Translations under genes and position numbers: made by a program
Source of the DNA: Candidatus Bathyarchaeia archaeon
Lineage (GTDB): Archaea > Thermoproteota > Bathyarchaeia > Bathyarchaeales > Bathycorpusculaceae
Length of the DNA: 64,000 nucleotides
Direction: 5' to 3'
Assembly (NCBI GenBank): GCA_049516875.1
Contig: JBEKSS010000004.1
Location: 107,371-171,370 of the forward strand
The notes under the pieces: model-generated
Seen by the model: only the letters and a program-made list of their open reading frames with translations
What the model was told of the DNA's origin: nothing
The model's database searches: none
Shown: positions 20,408-31,289 of the stretch, in pieces
How the letters are laid out: every line of letters starts with the position of its first letter
Numbering within the stretch: position 1 is the stretch's first letter

Positions 20408-21642
20408 TAGAACTGGCCAATCTCCTTCAAGACTTCGGTGAATCGATCAATCTCTTCACGAGTGTTATATATGTAGAAGCTAACTCTTGCGGTCGAGCTC
20501 AGCTTGAATATCTCATGTAACGGTTGAGCGCAGTGGAAGCCGCTCCTGACCATTATGCCGTAATTGTCAAGAAACAGCGCAACATCATGCGAACTAAGTC
20601 CATCGATTCCAAACGGTATTATCCCGCACTTGACAGACGTGTCTTGTGTTCCAAAGATTTTGGCTTTCTCACAATTTTTCATGCGGGGAAGAGCATATTT
20701 CGTCAGCATTTCTTCATGTCTCTTCACGTTTTCCATGCCTATTCGCTTGAGATACCGCACTGCCTCCATCAAACCCACCCCGCCGCAAACGTTGGGTGTT
20801 CCAGCCTCGAACTTCCAGGGCAGAACGTTCCAAGAGATTGAACAACGCTTTGTTTTCGGGTTGAAGGAGACTTCCCGTATCATCTCCCCTCCCCCCTGAA
20901 ACGGCTCCATGCTTTCAAGAATATCTTTTTTGCCATATAGCACGCCTATTCCAGTTGGACCCAGCATTTTATGGCCGGAAAAGGCAAGGAAATCTGCATC
21001 TAACTCCTTAACGTTTACAGGCATGTGTGGAGCGGACTGGGCTCCATCTACAAGTGCCAAAGCGCCATTCTCATGGGCAACTTTTATCACCCTCTTTACG
21101 TCATTCACGATTCCAGTGACGTTTGACACGTGAGACAGACAGACTATCTTGGTCTTTCTTGATATCAGGTTTTCAAAGGACTCATAATCAAGGGTTCCGT
21201 CGTCGTTCACTTTACCGTACTTCACTTTTGCCATGGTAATCTTGGAAATCATTTCCCATGGAACGATGTTGCTGTGGTGTTCCATCAAGGACACGATGAT
21301 TTCGTCGCCTTTCTTGAGATTGTGAAGCCCCCAAGCGTAAGCCACGAGGTTTATCGCTTCCGTTGTTCCTCTCACAAAAACCGTTTCTTCCATGCCCTCT
21401 GCATTTATGAATTTGGCGACTTCTTCATGTGCACTTTCGTAGAGTTCCGTAGCTTCCTGAGAAAGGGTGTGGACAGCTCTGTGAACGTTTGCGTTGTGGT
21501 TCTCGTAGAATTCTTTGATGGCGTTGATTACCTGTTTGGGTTTTTGCGAGGTTGATGCGTTGTCAAAGTAGATGAGCGGGTTGTCATTCACTTTTCGTTT
21601 GAGGATAGGAAAGTCTTCCCGAATCTTGTAGGGGTCCAGCAC
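20407..21642 (-). CDS. sufS: cysteine desulfurase, group II
   Basis: YFDNASTSQKP, EHHSNIVPW, FSGHKMLGPTG and RSGFHCA motifs. Confidence 0.92.
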   Translation of the reverse strand: MLDPYKIREDFPILKRKVNDNPLIYFDNASTSQKPKQVINAIKEFYENHNANVHRAVHTLSQEATELYESAHEEVAKFINAEGMEETVFVRGTTEAINLVAYAWGLHNLKKGDEIIVSLMEHHSNIVPWEMISKITMAKVKYGKVNDDGTLDYESFENLISRKTKIVCLSHVSNVTGIVNDVKRVIKVAHENGALALVDGAQSAPHMPVNVKELDADFLAFSGHKMLGPTGIGVLYGKKDILESMEPFQGGGEMIREVSFNPKTKRCSISWNVLPWKFEAGTPNVCGGVGLMEAVRYLKRIGMENVKRHEEMLTKYALPRMKNCEKAKIFGTQDTSVKCGIIPFGIDGLSSHDVALFLDNYGIMVRSGFHCAQPLHEIFKLSSTARVSFYIYNTREEIDRFTEVLKEIGQF

Positions 21643-22139
21643 TATTTTCCCTCTGCCGCCTTCATTCTCTTGGAGAGCATTCTTGCCAGTTCTTCCTCTT
21701 CCAATGCTTGCTTTTCTTCAAAGCTTGGTTCTGCCTGCAACCAGCTCGGAGAGATCTTTTTTTCGTAGTATTTTCTGATCGCTCTCTTAAGTGCTCCAAC
21801 AGCCAGTATCCCACAGTGAAACTTGACGCTGGGAAGCCCGCCAACTGCTTCCGACACGCTTTTGTAGGAGATTTTCCAAGCGTCTTCAAGCTTCATTCCT
21901 TTGATCATTTCCGTCACAATGCTCGACGTGGCTATGTTTGCTGCACAACCGTAACTTTCGAAGGACGCTTTTTCGATGATGCCCTGATCGTTGATTTTCA
22001 GATAGAAGGTTATCATGTCTCCGCACATGGGGTTTCCTGCAACTGAAACAACAGTGGCGTCTTCCATTTTTCCAAGGTTTTTAGGGTTCTTGAACAGTTC
22101 AAGTATTTTAGGGTTGTACGGCAACGGTGCGCGTGACAT
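21642..22139 (-). CDS. iscU: Fe-S scaffold IscU/NifU
   Basis: GNPMCGD, YGCAANIA and KFHCG provide the three conserved Cys. Confidence 0.9.
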   Translation of the reverse strand: MSRAPLPYNPKILELFKNPKNLGKMEDATVVSVAGNPMCGDMITFYLKINDQGIIEKASFESYGCAANIATSSIVTEMIKGMKLEDAWKISYKSVSEAVGGLPSVKFHCGILAVGALKRAIRKYYEKKISPSWLQAEPSFEEKQALEEEELARMLSKRMKAAEGK

Positions 22140-22140
22140 A

Positions 22141-23388
22141 TTATTCCGCTCCTGTAGAACCAGTTATCCCTCTTATCCTGTCAACAGCTCGGGGAATTAC
22201 ATCCAAGACGTAGTTTATGTCTTCTTCGGTGTGATATCTAGTGACTTTCATTAGTATGCTACCGTGAGCTTGATCAAATTTCCTGCCTATGGCCACAAGA
22301 ACGTGGCTAGGCTGCAACAGTCTTCTCGAACACGCGCTTCCACTTGAGACGTAGACGCCGCTTAGGCTTAACTCGATTGTTAACGCTTCTCCCTCGCATC
22401 TTAAGAAACTTATGTTAGCGTTGTCAGATACTCTTTTTGGTCCTTTCGGCCCGTTGAGCAGCACATCAGGCACTCTCCTGGTAATTCCTTCGGTCAATTT
22501 ATCCCGAAGCTTTCGCAGGCGATTCACGTTGTCTTCGAAGTTTTCGAAAACCAATTCAGAAGCCTTTGTGAAACCGACGATAAGTGGAGTGTTTTCAACG
22601 CCAGGCCAGAGCCTTTGTGTTCCTATTTGGCCTTCCAAGATTTTCTCAACGTTGACGCGTTCTTTCACGTACAAGGCGCCTATTCCCCGCGGTCCTGAGA
22701 TCTTGTAGCTACTCAATGTTGCCAAGTCTACGTTCAGGTCTTGCACGTTGAAGGGGATCTTTCCATATGCGTCTGAAGCATCCGTGTGGAAAACTGTCGC
22801 AGGGTTTTTATCCTTAACTATTTTCGACGCTTCTCTTATCGGCTGTATCGTTCCAATTTCGTGATTTGCCGTCGACAAGCTTACAAGAATTGTTTCCTTG
22901 TCTACCGTTTCCTTCAGTCTCTCAAGGTCTATGAAACCTTCGCTGTCGACGGGGATTTTTGTCAGCGTGAATCCGCTTTTCTGAAGCATTTCCGCAACGT
23001 TCAACACGTTTATCGGCTCGATTTCTGAAATCACGATCTTCTTGCCCTTATCCTTCATTGAAAGTGCTGTTCCCATGAGCGCCAAGTTGTTTGCTTCAGT
23101 TTCTCCGGGTGTAAAGGTGATTTCTTCGGGCGTTTTGCAGCCCAAGAAGGATGCGATTTTTTGTGCTGATTCCATTATCGTTTCGAAGGCTTCCCAGCCA
23201 GGTTTATGAGTTAGCGTCGGATTTCCGTATGCACGTTGATTATAATACGGAAGCATTGCCCTGACAACTTCATCAGGGACCCTGCTGGAGTTCTCATTGT
23301 CCAAGTAAACTTCATGCTCTAAGCCTTCATGCGCTTTCAACAGCTCTTTTACGTTCTCAATCATCATGGACTCAGGCCTTCTATGCAC
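22141..23388 (-). CDS. iscS: cysteine desulfurase, group I (divergent)
   Basis: SSYKISGPRG (PLP Lys), SSGSACS and PSHVLVAIG motifs. Confidence 0.8.
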   Translation of the reverse strand: MHRRPESMMIENVKELLKAHEGLEHEVYLDNENSSRVPDEVVRAMLPYYNQRAYGNPTLTHKPGWEAFETIMESAQKIASFLGCKTPEEITFTPGETEANNLALMGTALSMKDKGKKIVISEIEPINVLNVAEMLQKSGFTLTKIPVDSEGFIDLERLKETVDKETILVSLSTANHEIGTIQPIREASKIVKDKNPATVFHTDASDAYGKIPFNVQDLNVDLATLSSYKISGPRGIGALYVKERVNVEKILEGQIGTQRLWPGVENTPLIVGFTKASELVFENFEDNVNRLRKLRDKLTEGITRRVPDVLLNGPKGPKRVSDNANISFLRCEGEALTIELSLSGVYVSSGSACSRRLLQPSHVLVAIGRKFDQAHGSILMKVTRYHTEEDINYVLDVIPRAVDRIRGITGSTGAE

Positions 23389-23528
23389 AAAGCGTTTTCG
23401 TCACTCATACTATGCATGCTCTCTGATAGAAAAGTCTAACCTAGGAAAAAAGAAACTTCGAGCTTGCGCAACGCTTTAAATGGCCACGGTGTTAAAGCTT
23501 TTGTAACGGAAGAGATGGGCGCGGTCAA

Positions 23529-25760
23529 GTGAAAATAGCGGAACTGTCGATGCCAGAAGCCGTCAAAGAATTGATAATCAAATCTGGAATCGTTGAACTC
23601 TATCCGCCCCAAGAGGAGGCTATAAAGGCAGGCGCCCTTGAAGGAAAAAACCTTGTCTTGGCCAGTCCAACAGCTTCTGGAAAAACCTTGGTGGCCGAGT
23701 TCTGCGCCTTAAAACACATACTGGAAAGGAATGGAAAAGTTGTCTATCTGACGCCTTTGAGGGCTTTGGCAAGCGAGAAATTTGAGGAGTTCAAAAAGTA
23801 CACGGCAATGACAAAGAAGAGTGGAAGAAAGATAAGGGTCGGAATAAGTACAGGCGACTTTGACAGCACTGACCCCTGGCTGGAAAGATTTGACGTAATC
23901 ATAACCACAAACGAGAAAGCTGATTCACTTTTGAGGCACAGGGCCAAGTGGATGGACGAGATTTCCCTGGTAGTTGCGGATGAGGTTCACTTGTTAAACG
24001 AGGCTGAACGCGGACCGACGCTCGAAGTGGTGCTGGCGAGACTTATGCTGACCAACCCCGACGTGCAGATCTTGGCCTTGAGCGCAACAATAAACAACGT
24101 GGACGAGATAGCCCAGTGGCTTAAGGCAGGTTACGTTACAACCGAATGGCGGCCCGTTATTCTCAAGGAAGGGGTTCTGCTTCATGAAGAAATCCAATAC
24201 AGGGACGGAGGCGCCCGCAAGATAGAAAAGAAAACACACGATCCAACCCTGAACCTAGTTTTGAACACCGTCAAGACGGGAGGTCAAGCCCTAGTTTTCG
24301 CTTCGACAAGGAAAAACGCGGCCGTTCTAGCTAAGAAAATTGCTGGCGAAATTGAGTCAGTCTTATCCAAGCCTGCAAAGCGATCATTGGAGCACGATGC
24401 AAACCGCATCTTAGCGGCCGGGGAAAAAACGCGGCTCGGTGAGTCGCTTGCCGAACTGGTCAAGTGCGGGACCGCTTTCCATCATGCTGGCCTAGGCGGA
24501 GGACACCGCAAGCTGATAGAGGATTCCTTCAGACAGGGAAGAATCAAGGTTCTAACTGCAACGCCAACGTTGGCTTTCGGCGTAAATCTGCCGGCCAGAA
24601 CAGTCGTCATCCAAGACTACAGGCGATACGAAGCAGGCTACGGCTACTATCCAATCAGCGTCTTGGAGTACAAGCAGATGGCCGGGAGGGCTGGGAGACC
24701 AAAATACGACAAGACTGGCGAAGCCATACTTGTGGCCAAAACCAACGATGAAGCAGATTATCTGCTAGAAAGTTACATTCTCGCGAGGCCAGAACGCATC
24801 TGGTCACGACTTGCAGTTGAAAGGATAATGAGGACTCACGTGCTGGCCACCGTCGCAGCGGACTACGCTCACACAGAGCGCGGAATCTACGAGTTCTTCG
24901 GCAAGACTTTCTATGCCTTTCAGTACGATATCAACGCTATCAAGGGCATAGTAGCAAAGATTCTCAAGTATCTCTATGATGAGGACATGATCGAAGTTTT
25001 CGGCGAAGACATTAACGCCACAAGATTCGGAAAGCGAGTCAGCGAACTCTACGTCGATCCATTTTCAGCCGTCATAATACGCGATGCTCTAAGGCGAAAA
25101 CCTGCGCTTCTCACAGATTTCAGTTTACTACAGATGATCGCCCACACCCCTGACATGGGCCCCGTGCTGCGACCGTACACACGGGAGCAAGGCGAGATTG
25201 CAGTCTTTTTGGAGGAGCACAAAGAGGAGCTTCTGATAGCTCCACCGGACGAGTGGCAAGACAGTATTGCCTACGAAGAGTTTCTTGGAGAAGTCAAAAC
25301 AGCCATGACCTTGGAGGCGTGGATTGGAGAGATTAGCGAGGACCAATTGATCGAAAAGTTCAGAGTGCAACCAGGAGACCTTTACAGGACAATTGAAAAC
25401 GCCAAGTGGCTACTTCACGCCACGCATGAACTTGCACAGCTCTTCGGGAACAAGCAGATGCTTCCCCAGATTCTTGAAGTGAAGCAGAGGGTGGAGAAAG
25501 GAGTGAAGAAGGAGCTGTTATCGTTGGTGAAGCTAGAAGGAGTTGGCAGGGTCCGCGGTCGCATGATGTACAACGCTGGATACAAGACAGCAGAAGAGAT
25601 AAAACGGGCTTCCCTGAATGAACTTGCGAGCCTACCATTAATAGGACCCAGGCTTGGCAAGAAGATAAAGGAACAAGTCGGCGGCTTTGTCAAGAAGGAA
25701 ACTTTGGAAAAACTTGAAAAAGAAGCTGAATGGAAACAAAAAGCATTAACAGAATACTAA
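23529..25760 (+). CDS. hel308: Ski2-like DNA helicase Hel308/Hjm
   Basis: PTASGKT, DEVH, LSAT, FHHAGL, GVNLPAR and QMAGRAGRP motifs; C-terminal HhH. Confidence 0.93.
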   Translation: MKIAELSMPEAVKELIIKSGIVELYPPQEEAIKAGALEGKNLVLASPTASGKTLVAEFCALKHILERNGKVVYLTPLRALASEKFEEFKKYTAMTKKSGRKIRVGISTGDFDSTDPWLERFDVIITTNEKADSLLRHRAKWMDEISLVVADEVHLLNEAERGPTLEVVLARLMLTNPDVQILALSATINNVDEIAQWLKAGYVTTEWRPVILKEGVLLHEEIQYRDGGARKIEKKTHDPTLNLVLNTVKTGGQALVFASTRKNAAVLAKKIAGEIESVLSKPAKRSLEHDANRILAAGEKTRLGESLAELVKCGTAFHHAGLGGGHRKLIEDSFRQGRIKVLTATPTLAFGVNLPARTVVIQDYRRYEAGYGYYPISVLEYKQMAGRAGRPKYDKTGEAILVAKTNDEADYLLESYILARPERIWSRLAVERIMRTHVLATVAADYAHTERGIYEFFGKTFYAFQYDINAIKGIVAKILKYLYDEDMIEVFGEDINATRFGKRVSELYVDPFSAVIIRDALRRKPALLTDFSLLQMIAHTPDMGPVLRPYTREQGEIAVFLEEHKEELLIAPPDEWQDSIAYEEFLGEVKTAMTLEAWIGEISEDQLIEKFRVQPGDLYRTIENAKWLLHATHELAQLFGNKQMLPQILEVKQRVEKGVKKELLSLVKLEGVGRVRGRMMYNAGYKTAEEIKRASLNELASLPLIGPRLGKKIKEQVGGFVKKETLEKLEKEAEWKQKALTEY

Positions 25761-25855
25761 CCGGCATGAGCCTGCAGCTTATGGCTGCTTTTTAAGCACA
25801 AGCACCAAACAACCACTCACAGACTTTAAACTATCCTTATTTGCGTCAACAATGC

Positions 25856-27217
25856 TCATCTTCTGATTCTACGTTCCTCCATTGTTTTCTTGACCACAGA
25901 ATCAATCTGACTTGTAACAGTGCCCAAGTAGTTCCTGGGGTTCAATGTCTTGTCTATCTCTTTTTTGTCTAGCTTTTCACTCACAACCTTATCTTCCTGG
26001 AGTATCTCTTTAAATGGCCGCATTTCCTGTTCGCTTTTCAATGTCAGTCTTCTCATCAGTTCGTGAGCTTCCTGTCGGTTCATTCCCTTCTTTGCCAGCG
26101 CCATCATCACAGCTTCAGACATAAGGCGCCCTTGGGTTGATTCAATATTCTTCAGCATCTTCTGCTCGTCAACGCGCAGGTTATCGATTATGTTGTTCAT
26201 CAGAAAAAGCATGTAATCCGTCAGTATGTATATTTCTGGAAATATAAAACGTTCAGCGGACGATTGCGTCAAATCCCTCTCGTGCCAAGTTGTAACATCT
26301 TCTAATGCCGGAGCAACTAGGCTTCTGGCAATTCTGGCCAAGCCGCAAACCCTTTCGCAAGTCTCAGGGTTCCGTTTATGAGGCATCGTTGAACTGCCAA
26401 CCTGCTTTCCTGCTTCGAAATATTCGAAAAGCTCCCCGATTTCGGGCCTCTGCAGTTCGCGAATTTCAGTGGCAAAATTCTCCAACGTGGAAGCAATTCC
26501 CGCCAGCAAACACACCATTTCAGCATGACGGTCTCTTTGCACAATCTGCGTAGAGATGTCGGCAGGATCAATGCCCAACCGTTGCATAACGAGGTTTTGA
26601 ATTTTCCTAGCGTTTGTGCCAAAACCAGCCTGTGTGCCCACGGCACCGCTCATTTTTCCAACCACAACTCGCTGCTTGCATTGCCTCAGCCGCTCAACGT
26701 GTCTGGAAATTTCACGCATCCAAACGGCAAATTTGAAACCTAATGTTATTGGCAGCGCGTGCTGCCCGTGAGTCCTGCCTACCATTAACGTGTTCTTGTG
26801 CTTCAAGACTTTCTCCATTAAAACCTTTTCAAGGTCGCCCAATCTCGTGTCGATTAGTTCCAGCGCATCTTTCAGCTGGAGAGCAGTTGCCGTGTCCACG
26901 ATGTCATAGCTTGTCGCTCCCAAATGAACGTAAGCTCCGCTCGGCCCGCAAGCTTCTGCCAAGGCCCTGACCAAAGAGGCAACATCATGTTTTATTTCAC
27001 GCTCAATTTCCTTGATTCGACGCAACTTTACATGCTCCAGTAAACACGCGGAAGCAATCTTTTCCGCGTCCTTTCGGGGTATGTCCCCAACTTCAGCATA
27101 TGCCCAAACCAGTGCGGCCTCTACATCAAGCATTTTTTGGACTCGTGTCTCCTCTTCAAAAATCTTCTTCATTTCAGGTGTTCCATACCGGCCTGTGTCA
27201 ATGGGTAGAATCGGCAA
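25856..27217 (-). CDS. purB: adenylosuccinate lyase
   Basis: HLGATSYD, GRTHGQHA and GSSTMPHKRNP motifs. Confidence 0.95.
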   Translation of the reverse strand: MPILPIDTGRYGTPEMKKIFEEETRVQKMLDVEAALVWAYAEVGDIPRKDAEKIASACLLEHVKLRRIKEIEREIKHDVASLVRALAEACGPSGAYVHLGATSYDIVDTATALQLKDALELIDTRLGDLEKVLMEKVLKHKNTLMVGRTHGQHALPITLGFKFAVWMREISRHVERLRQCKQRVVVGKMSGAVGTQAGFGTNARKIQNLVMQRLGIDPADISTQIVQRDRHAEMVCLLAGIASTLENFATEIRELQRPEIGELFEYFEAGKQVGSSTMPHKRNPETCERVCGLARIARSLVAPALEDVTTWHERDLTQSSAERFIFPEIYILTDYMLFLMNNIIDNLRVDEQKMLKNIESTQGRLMSEAVMMALAKKGMNRQEAHELMRRLTLKSEQEMRPFKEILQEDKVVSEKLDKKEIDKTLNPRNYLGTVTSQIDSVVKKTMEERRIRR

Positions 27218-27306
27218 CTTTCATTCCCCTCATGCAAAGTAAGCTGGCTAAAGATTAATGCTTTGCCAAACAATACGTAAGAGACTAGGCTGAAGGGTTA
27301 TTTTAC

Positions 27307-28773
27307 ATGGGCACGCTAGTGGCAGTCTTGAGCAAGAAAGGCGAAAACGTGACAAGAGCAGCAGTTGCTATGATCGAAGTCTTGGAACCCAAGGTCTCGG
27401 AAGCTTATGGAATAGCTTCCCCCACAACGATAAAGACAGAAGAATCCCTCGAAACTCTCCAAAAACTTAACATTGGGTCACCGACCGCCGTTGGTTTCGC
27501 ATTTTCAAGGATTCTTCCCAAGGACAAGCCTCAACCTTGGAAACTGAAGGATGCGGCAATGGTTTTTGACGGAAGAATATATCCTGATGATGCAGAAAAA
27601 CCCGATGCAGAGATTGTAGCGAAGAAACTGAAGCAAAATCTCGAACAGGCAGCCACAATGTTCGTCAAGAAAACTGAGGGCGATTTTGCCTTTGCAATAG
27701 CCAAACCTGAAACGATTATCGCAGGCAGAGACACTGTGGGCGTTCGCCCGCTTTACTATGGCGAAAATGCAGATTTTGCAGCTCTAGCTTCTGAACGAAA
27801 GGCACTGTGGAGCATCGGAATAATGGAGGCACGCTCATTTCCGCCCGGATGCGTGTCACTGGTTGGAAGATACGGTTTCAAATTCACTGTTGCGAAAAGA
27901 ATCACTTATTCCGAACCAAAGCAAATTACAATGCAGACCGCGGCCCATAAGCTCCAAATACTCTTGGAACATTCAGTCGAAGAAAGAGTCTCAGGTTTGA
28001 AGGAAGTAGCAGTTGCTTTTTCTGGCGGCTTAGACAGTAGCATTATCGCCTCTTTGGCAAAGAAAACCGGGGCTAACGTGGTTCTGATTCACGTAAGCTT
28101 GGAGAACGACGCAGAAGGGGAATTTGCAAAGCAGGCAGCAGAAGAGCTGAAACTGCCACTACACTCTTACCTGTATGTTGAGCACGACGTGCCGAAGGCA
28201 ATCCAGAACGTTATCCGCGTTGTTGAGGAGCCAGATCCCGTCAAAGTGAGCATAGGCATCCCGATCTACTGGGCTGCTGAGAAAACCGCCGAAATGGGTT
28301 GCAAGGTGATGCTGGCTGGACAAGGCGCGGACGAGCTTTTCGGTGGCTACAGGCGGTACGTGGATGACTACTTGGAAGGCAGCAATGAGAAGGCGCAAAA
28401 AGCAATTTTCAACGATATTATTGGAATGTATGAGGCCAATCTAGAAAGAGACTTCAAAATCTGTAACCATTTCAACATTGAACTACGACTACCTTTTGCA
28501 ACGCACAGCATGGCAAAATTTGCGATAAATCTACCATTGGAGTTAAAGATAGAACGAACAAACAACACACTCAGGAAACTCATCCTAAGGCGGGTGGCTA
28601 GAGATCTTGGGCTTCCAGAACCCATTGTGGATAGACCGAAAAGAGCCATCCAGTACACAACAGGCATAAACAAGGCTATCAAGAAAATTGCCAAGCAAGA
28701 AAGAGTATCGATGACCGAGTACTTGCGAAAGGTGTTCCATTCAACTTTCAAGGATAGAGCTTTTCAGAAGTAG
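27307..28773 (+). CDS. asparagine synthetase B-like protein lacking the N-terminal catalytic Cys
   Basis: GRDTVGVRPLYY, FSGGLDSS, GQGADELFGGY, ELRLPF and RPKRAIQY motifs. N-terminus is MGTLVAV rather than MCGI. Confidence 0.8.
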   Translation: MGTLVAVLSKKGENVTRAAVAMIEVLEPKVSEAYGIASPTTIKTEESLETLQKLNIGSPTAVGFAFSRILPKDKPQPWKLKDAAMVFDGRIYPDDAEKPDAEIVAKKLKQNLEQAATMFVKKTEGDFAFAIAKPETIIAGRDTVGVRPLYYGENADFAALASERKALWSIGIMEARSFPPGCVSLVGRYGFKFTVAKRITYSEPKQITMQTAAHKLQILLEHSVEERVSGLKEVAVAFSGGLDSSIIASLAKKTGANVVLIHVSLENDAEGEFAKQAAEELKLPLHSYLYVEHDVPKAIQNVIRVVEEPDPVKVSIGIPIYWAAEKTAEMGCKVMLAGQGADELFGGYRRYVDDYLEGSNEKAQKAIFNDIIGMYEANLERDFKICNHFNIELRLPFATHSMAKFAINLPLELKIERTNNTLRKLILRRVARDLGLPEPIVDRPKRAIQYTTGINKAIKKIAKQERVSMTEYLRKVFHSTFKDRAFQK

Positions 28774-29028
28774 AGCGGCTTCAGTTTTTCACCCGAGTGC
28801 TGCGCTCGCCAAAAGGTAGCATAGAAAATGCTGAATTGGCCTAGGCGCCGATTACTCAGACACGTTGAAACATGCACACGACTATGAACGATAAAGCGCC
28901 AACTGCCAAAATGCACTTGAGAGCACAAGGAAAAATAACTGTGGAAGAAGCGAAAAAATTCACAGAAGCTACGAGAGGTATGTTAGTCGGGCTTCGTGTA
29001 TGCGATGCTCAGAATGAGAACTGCGATT

Positions 29029-29211
29029 TTACTCGACCACTTGGATTGCACTTTCTGGGCATTGGACTTCGCATGCTCTACACACTAGACACTCTTCAGA
29101 TTTAACCGGGACGGATTTCTTGTCCTTAACCTCGAAGACACCAACTGGGCATGTATCAGCACATGTGCCGCATCCAGTGCACTTAGCATTATCTATGACT
29201 ATTTTCACCAT
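29029..29211 (-). CDS. 2[4Fe-4S] ferredoxin
   Basis: CTGCGTCADTCP and CLVCRACEVQCP motifs. Confidence 0.92.
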   Translation of the reverse strand: MVKIVIDNAKCTGCGTCADTCPVGVFEVKDKKSVPVKSEECLVCRACEVQCPESAIQVVE

Positions 29212-29278
29212 GTTTCATTTCTCCTGAAACTGGAATTTCATTGAGAAATGACAGCAGAATAAAAGCGTTTAGGTTCAT

Positions 29279-31003
29279 TTAATGGATTTCTTCACGTAGT
29301 CTCAAGAGGATTCCGTTAGTCGTTGTTTTGGCTCTCTCTTTCCTGCGCTCGTAATCTCCCAGAAGTTTACGATAAGTCTCCAACGATATCTCTCCCCTGC
29401 TTTGGCGAGCTTCAATGCTCTTCATGTTAACCTCGACTTCGTCGATTTCGGTTTCTGCAACTTCAAGTTGCCGCATCAGGTCTGAGTAGTGACCGCCAGC
29501 TGAATGCATTTTACCCCCCGACTCTGCTAAAGCTCTGTCTAATGTGCTGAGGCGAATTTCCAAAGTCTTCTTCTGCACCTTATACCTCCGCCTTGGGATT
29601 TTTCCTTTCTGTACCCTAGCCTCAAGGACGTCAATCTCCGACTCTATCTTCATTTTCTCATCATATGCATCCACAAAAGACCTGACATCCTCTGGCCGAA
29701 GCCTCAAAGTTGTTGAAGGAACAGCGACTCCGCTTGGAACTCTTGGCCTTCTCCAAGCCAAGACAACCACAGATCCAACAATCGCCAAGGCCCAAACCCA
29801 CATTGTAGGACCAAAAGCCAGCCACAGCGAATTGTACTCGTAGCTAAGACTAACGGCGAAGCTGTCCAAGGAAATTATGTTCTGCTGGTTCACGGTCATG
29901 GTTTCCTGGAAAACACCGCGGTCCACATCGTAGGAATTGGCAGTTAAAGTGGTTCCGAAACTTGACAATCGTGCGCCTTTGGGCAAGACAAAGCTGACTG
30001 AAGCCTGATCAATGTAGCTATTCGTGTCCTGGAAAAAGGTCATGTTAAGGGCGAAGTTGTTAGCTCCTTCCTCCTTCATGACATAGACGTCGCTAGGCAG
30101 ATCGTAGCTCACGGTGAACTTTGCCAATGTGTTAGGTGCCACCGTCAACGTAAAGTTGATCTGGTAGCGAGTTGGATTAACATCAATGAGCACTGGTTGC
30201 ACCAAAGATTCTCTTCCAAGTTCGTCGCGCACAGCTAGATTCGAAGCGTTAGGAGGCACAACTATTTCGATGGAATCCATCGTCTGCGTCGAATTGTTCG
30301 CTATGTAATAGAAGTCGGAAACGCTTGTTTGACCAAACTCGTTTACATCCACCTCGCGAGTGAGCTGCTTTATTTCAAAAATCTGCACGTTCTCCGCTGA
30401 CAGCAAGAAGGTCACTTGAGACGCATTGTAGGTGAAGGCACTCAAATTCTCTGCGTTGTATGCGAAGTCACTAACCGTCCCATTAAGGTACTGAGTACTT
30501 GGCGGCACAACAACCGAACAATTACAGACGGGTGCTGTTTCTGTCAAACTTGGAAATGCCGGAAAAACAAGAGTGAATGTGCTTGCATTCGTAGAGTCTT
30601 GAAAGAGAATATTGTTTGAGAGCACGAATACAACGCTGAAGGTTTGCGGTGTTCCTTTTGAAAAATCGACTTTCACTCCGTAGAAACCAACACGATCTTC
30701 TAAGGGCACATTAAGCGCGACGGGAAACACACTGGACGTATCATTAGTGTTGTAGGCAAATGCGGTGATTACGCTCGGACCAAACACGTACGGAAAGCCT
30801 AGTGAAAAGCTGTCGGTTTGCCCTGATATAGCTATCGTATCATTTATGAGAACATAACCGTTGTACAGGACCCCCACCGTGTGGTTCACGCTTTCTATAC
30901 TGTAACTGGAGCTTGCTCTGGCAGATGCGATGTTGAAAGAGGCCAAAGCTAAAATTGTTAAAGTAACAGTCAATATAATGAATGTAGTGGCTGTTTTCTT
31001 CAC
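29279..31003 (-). CDS. type I membrane protein, ribophorin-I-like architecture
   Basis: Signal peptide, large beta-rich extracellular region (FVLPKGA, many N-x-S/T), one TM near aa 400, and a coiled-coil cytoplasmic tail. Confidence 0.5.
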   Translation of the reverse strand: MKKTATTFIILTVTLTILALASFNIASARASSSYSIESVNHTVGVLYNGYVLINDTIAISGQTDSFSLGFPYVFGPSVITAFAYNTNDTSSVFPVALNVPLEDRVGFYGVKVDFSKGTPQTFSVVFVLSNNILFQDSTNASTFTLVFPAFPSLTETAPVCNCSVVVPPSTQYLNGTVSDFAYNAENLSAFTYNASQVTFLLSAENVQIFEIKQLTREVDVNEFGQTSVSDFYYIANNSTQTMDSIEIVVPPNASNLAVRDELGRESLVQPVLIDVNPTRYQINFTLTVAPNTLAKFTVSYDLPSDVYVMKEEGANNFALNMTFFQDTNSYIDQASVSFVLPKGARLSSFGTTLTANSYDVDRGVFQETMTVNQQNIISLDSFAVSLSYEYNSLWLAFGPTMWVWALAIVGSVVVLAWRRPRVPSGVAVPSTTLRLRPEDVRSFVDAYDEKMKIESEIDVLEARVQKGKIPRRRYKVQKKTLEIRLSTLDRALAESGGKMHSAGGHYSDLMRQLEVAETEIDEVEVNMKSIEARQSRGEISLETYRKLLGDYERRKERAKTTTNGILLRLREEIH

Positions 31004-31289
31004 GCTGTTTCCTCCGAGTAGTCAACGATTTACTGAGGCTTGTATTTATTGATAAGCTCATCTGTATTAAGGTTCTGCTATAGATAAAGCCAGGTCATAA
31101 AAAAAGGTTATTGTCGATTAAACATGAAGTTTTCACACGTCCTCTACGAGCTTCACAAGTGCGCACTAGCGCTATAAGATGGAGGCTCTGAAATGTACCG
31201 TCTGTCAACAGGAAAGGTCAAAATCAGCTGCATGTTTATATTCGATTATTGGAAAACACTAGGATGCAAGAGGCACTGGTACGTACAAA

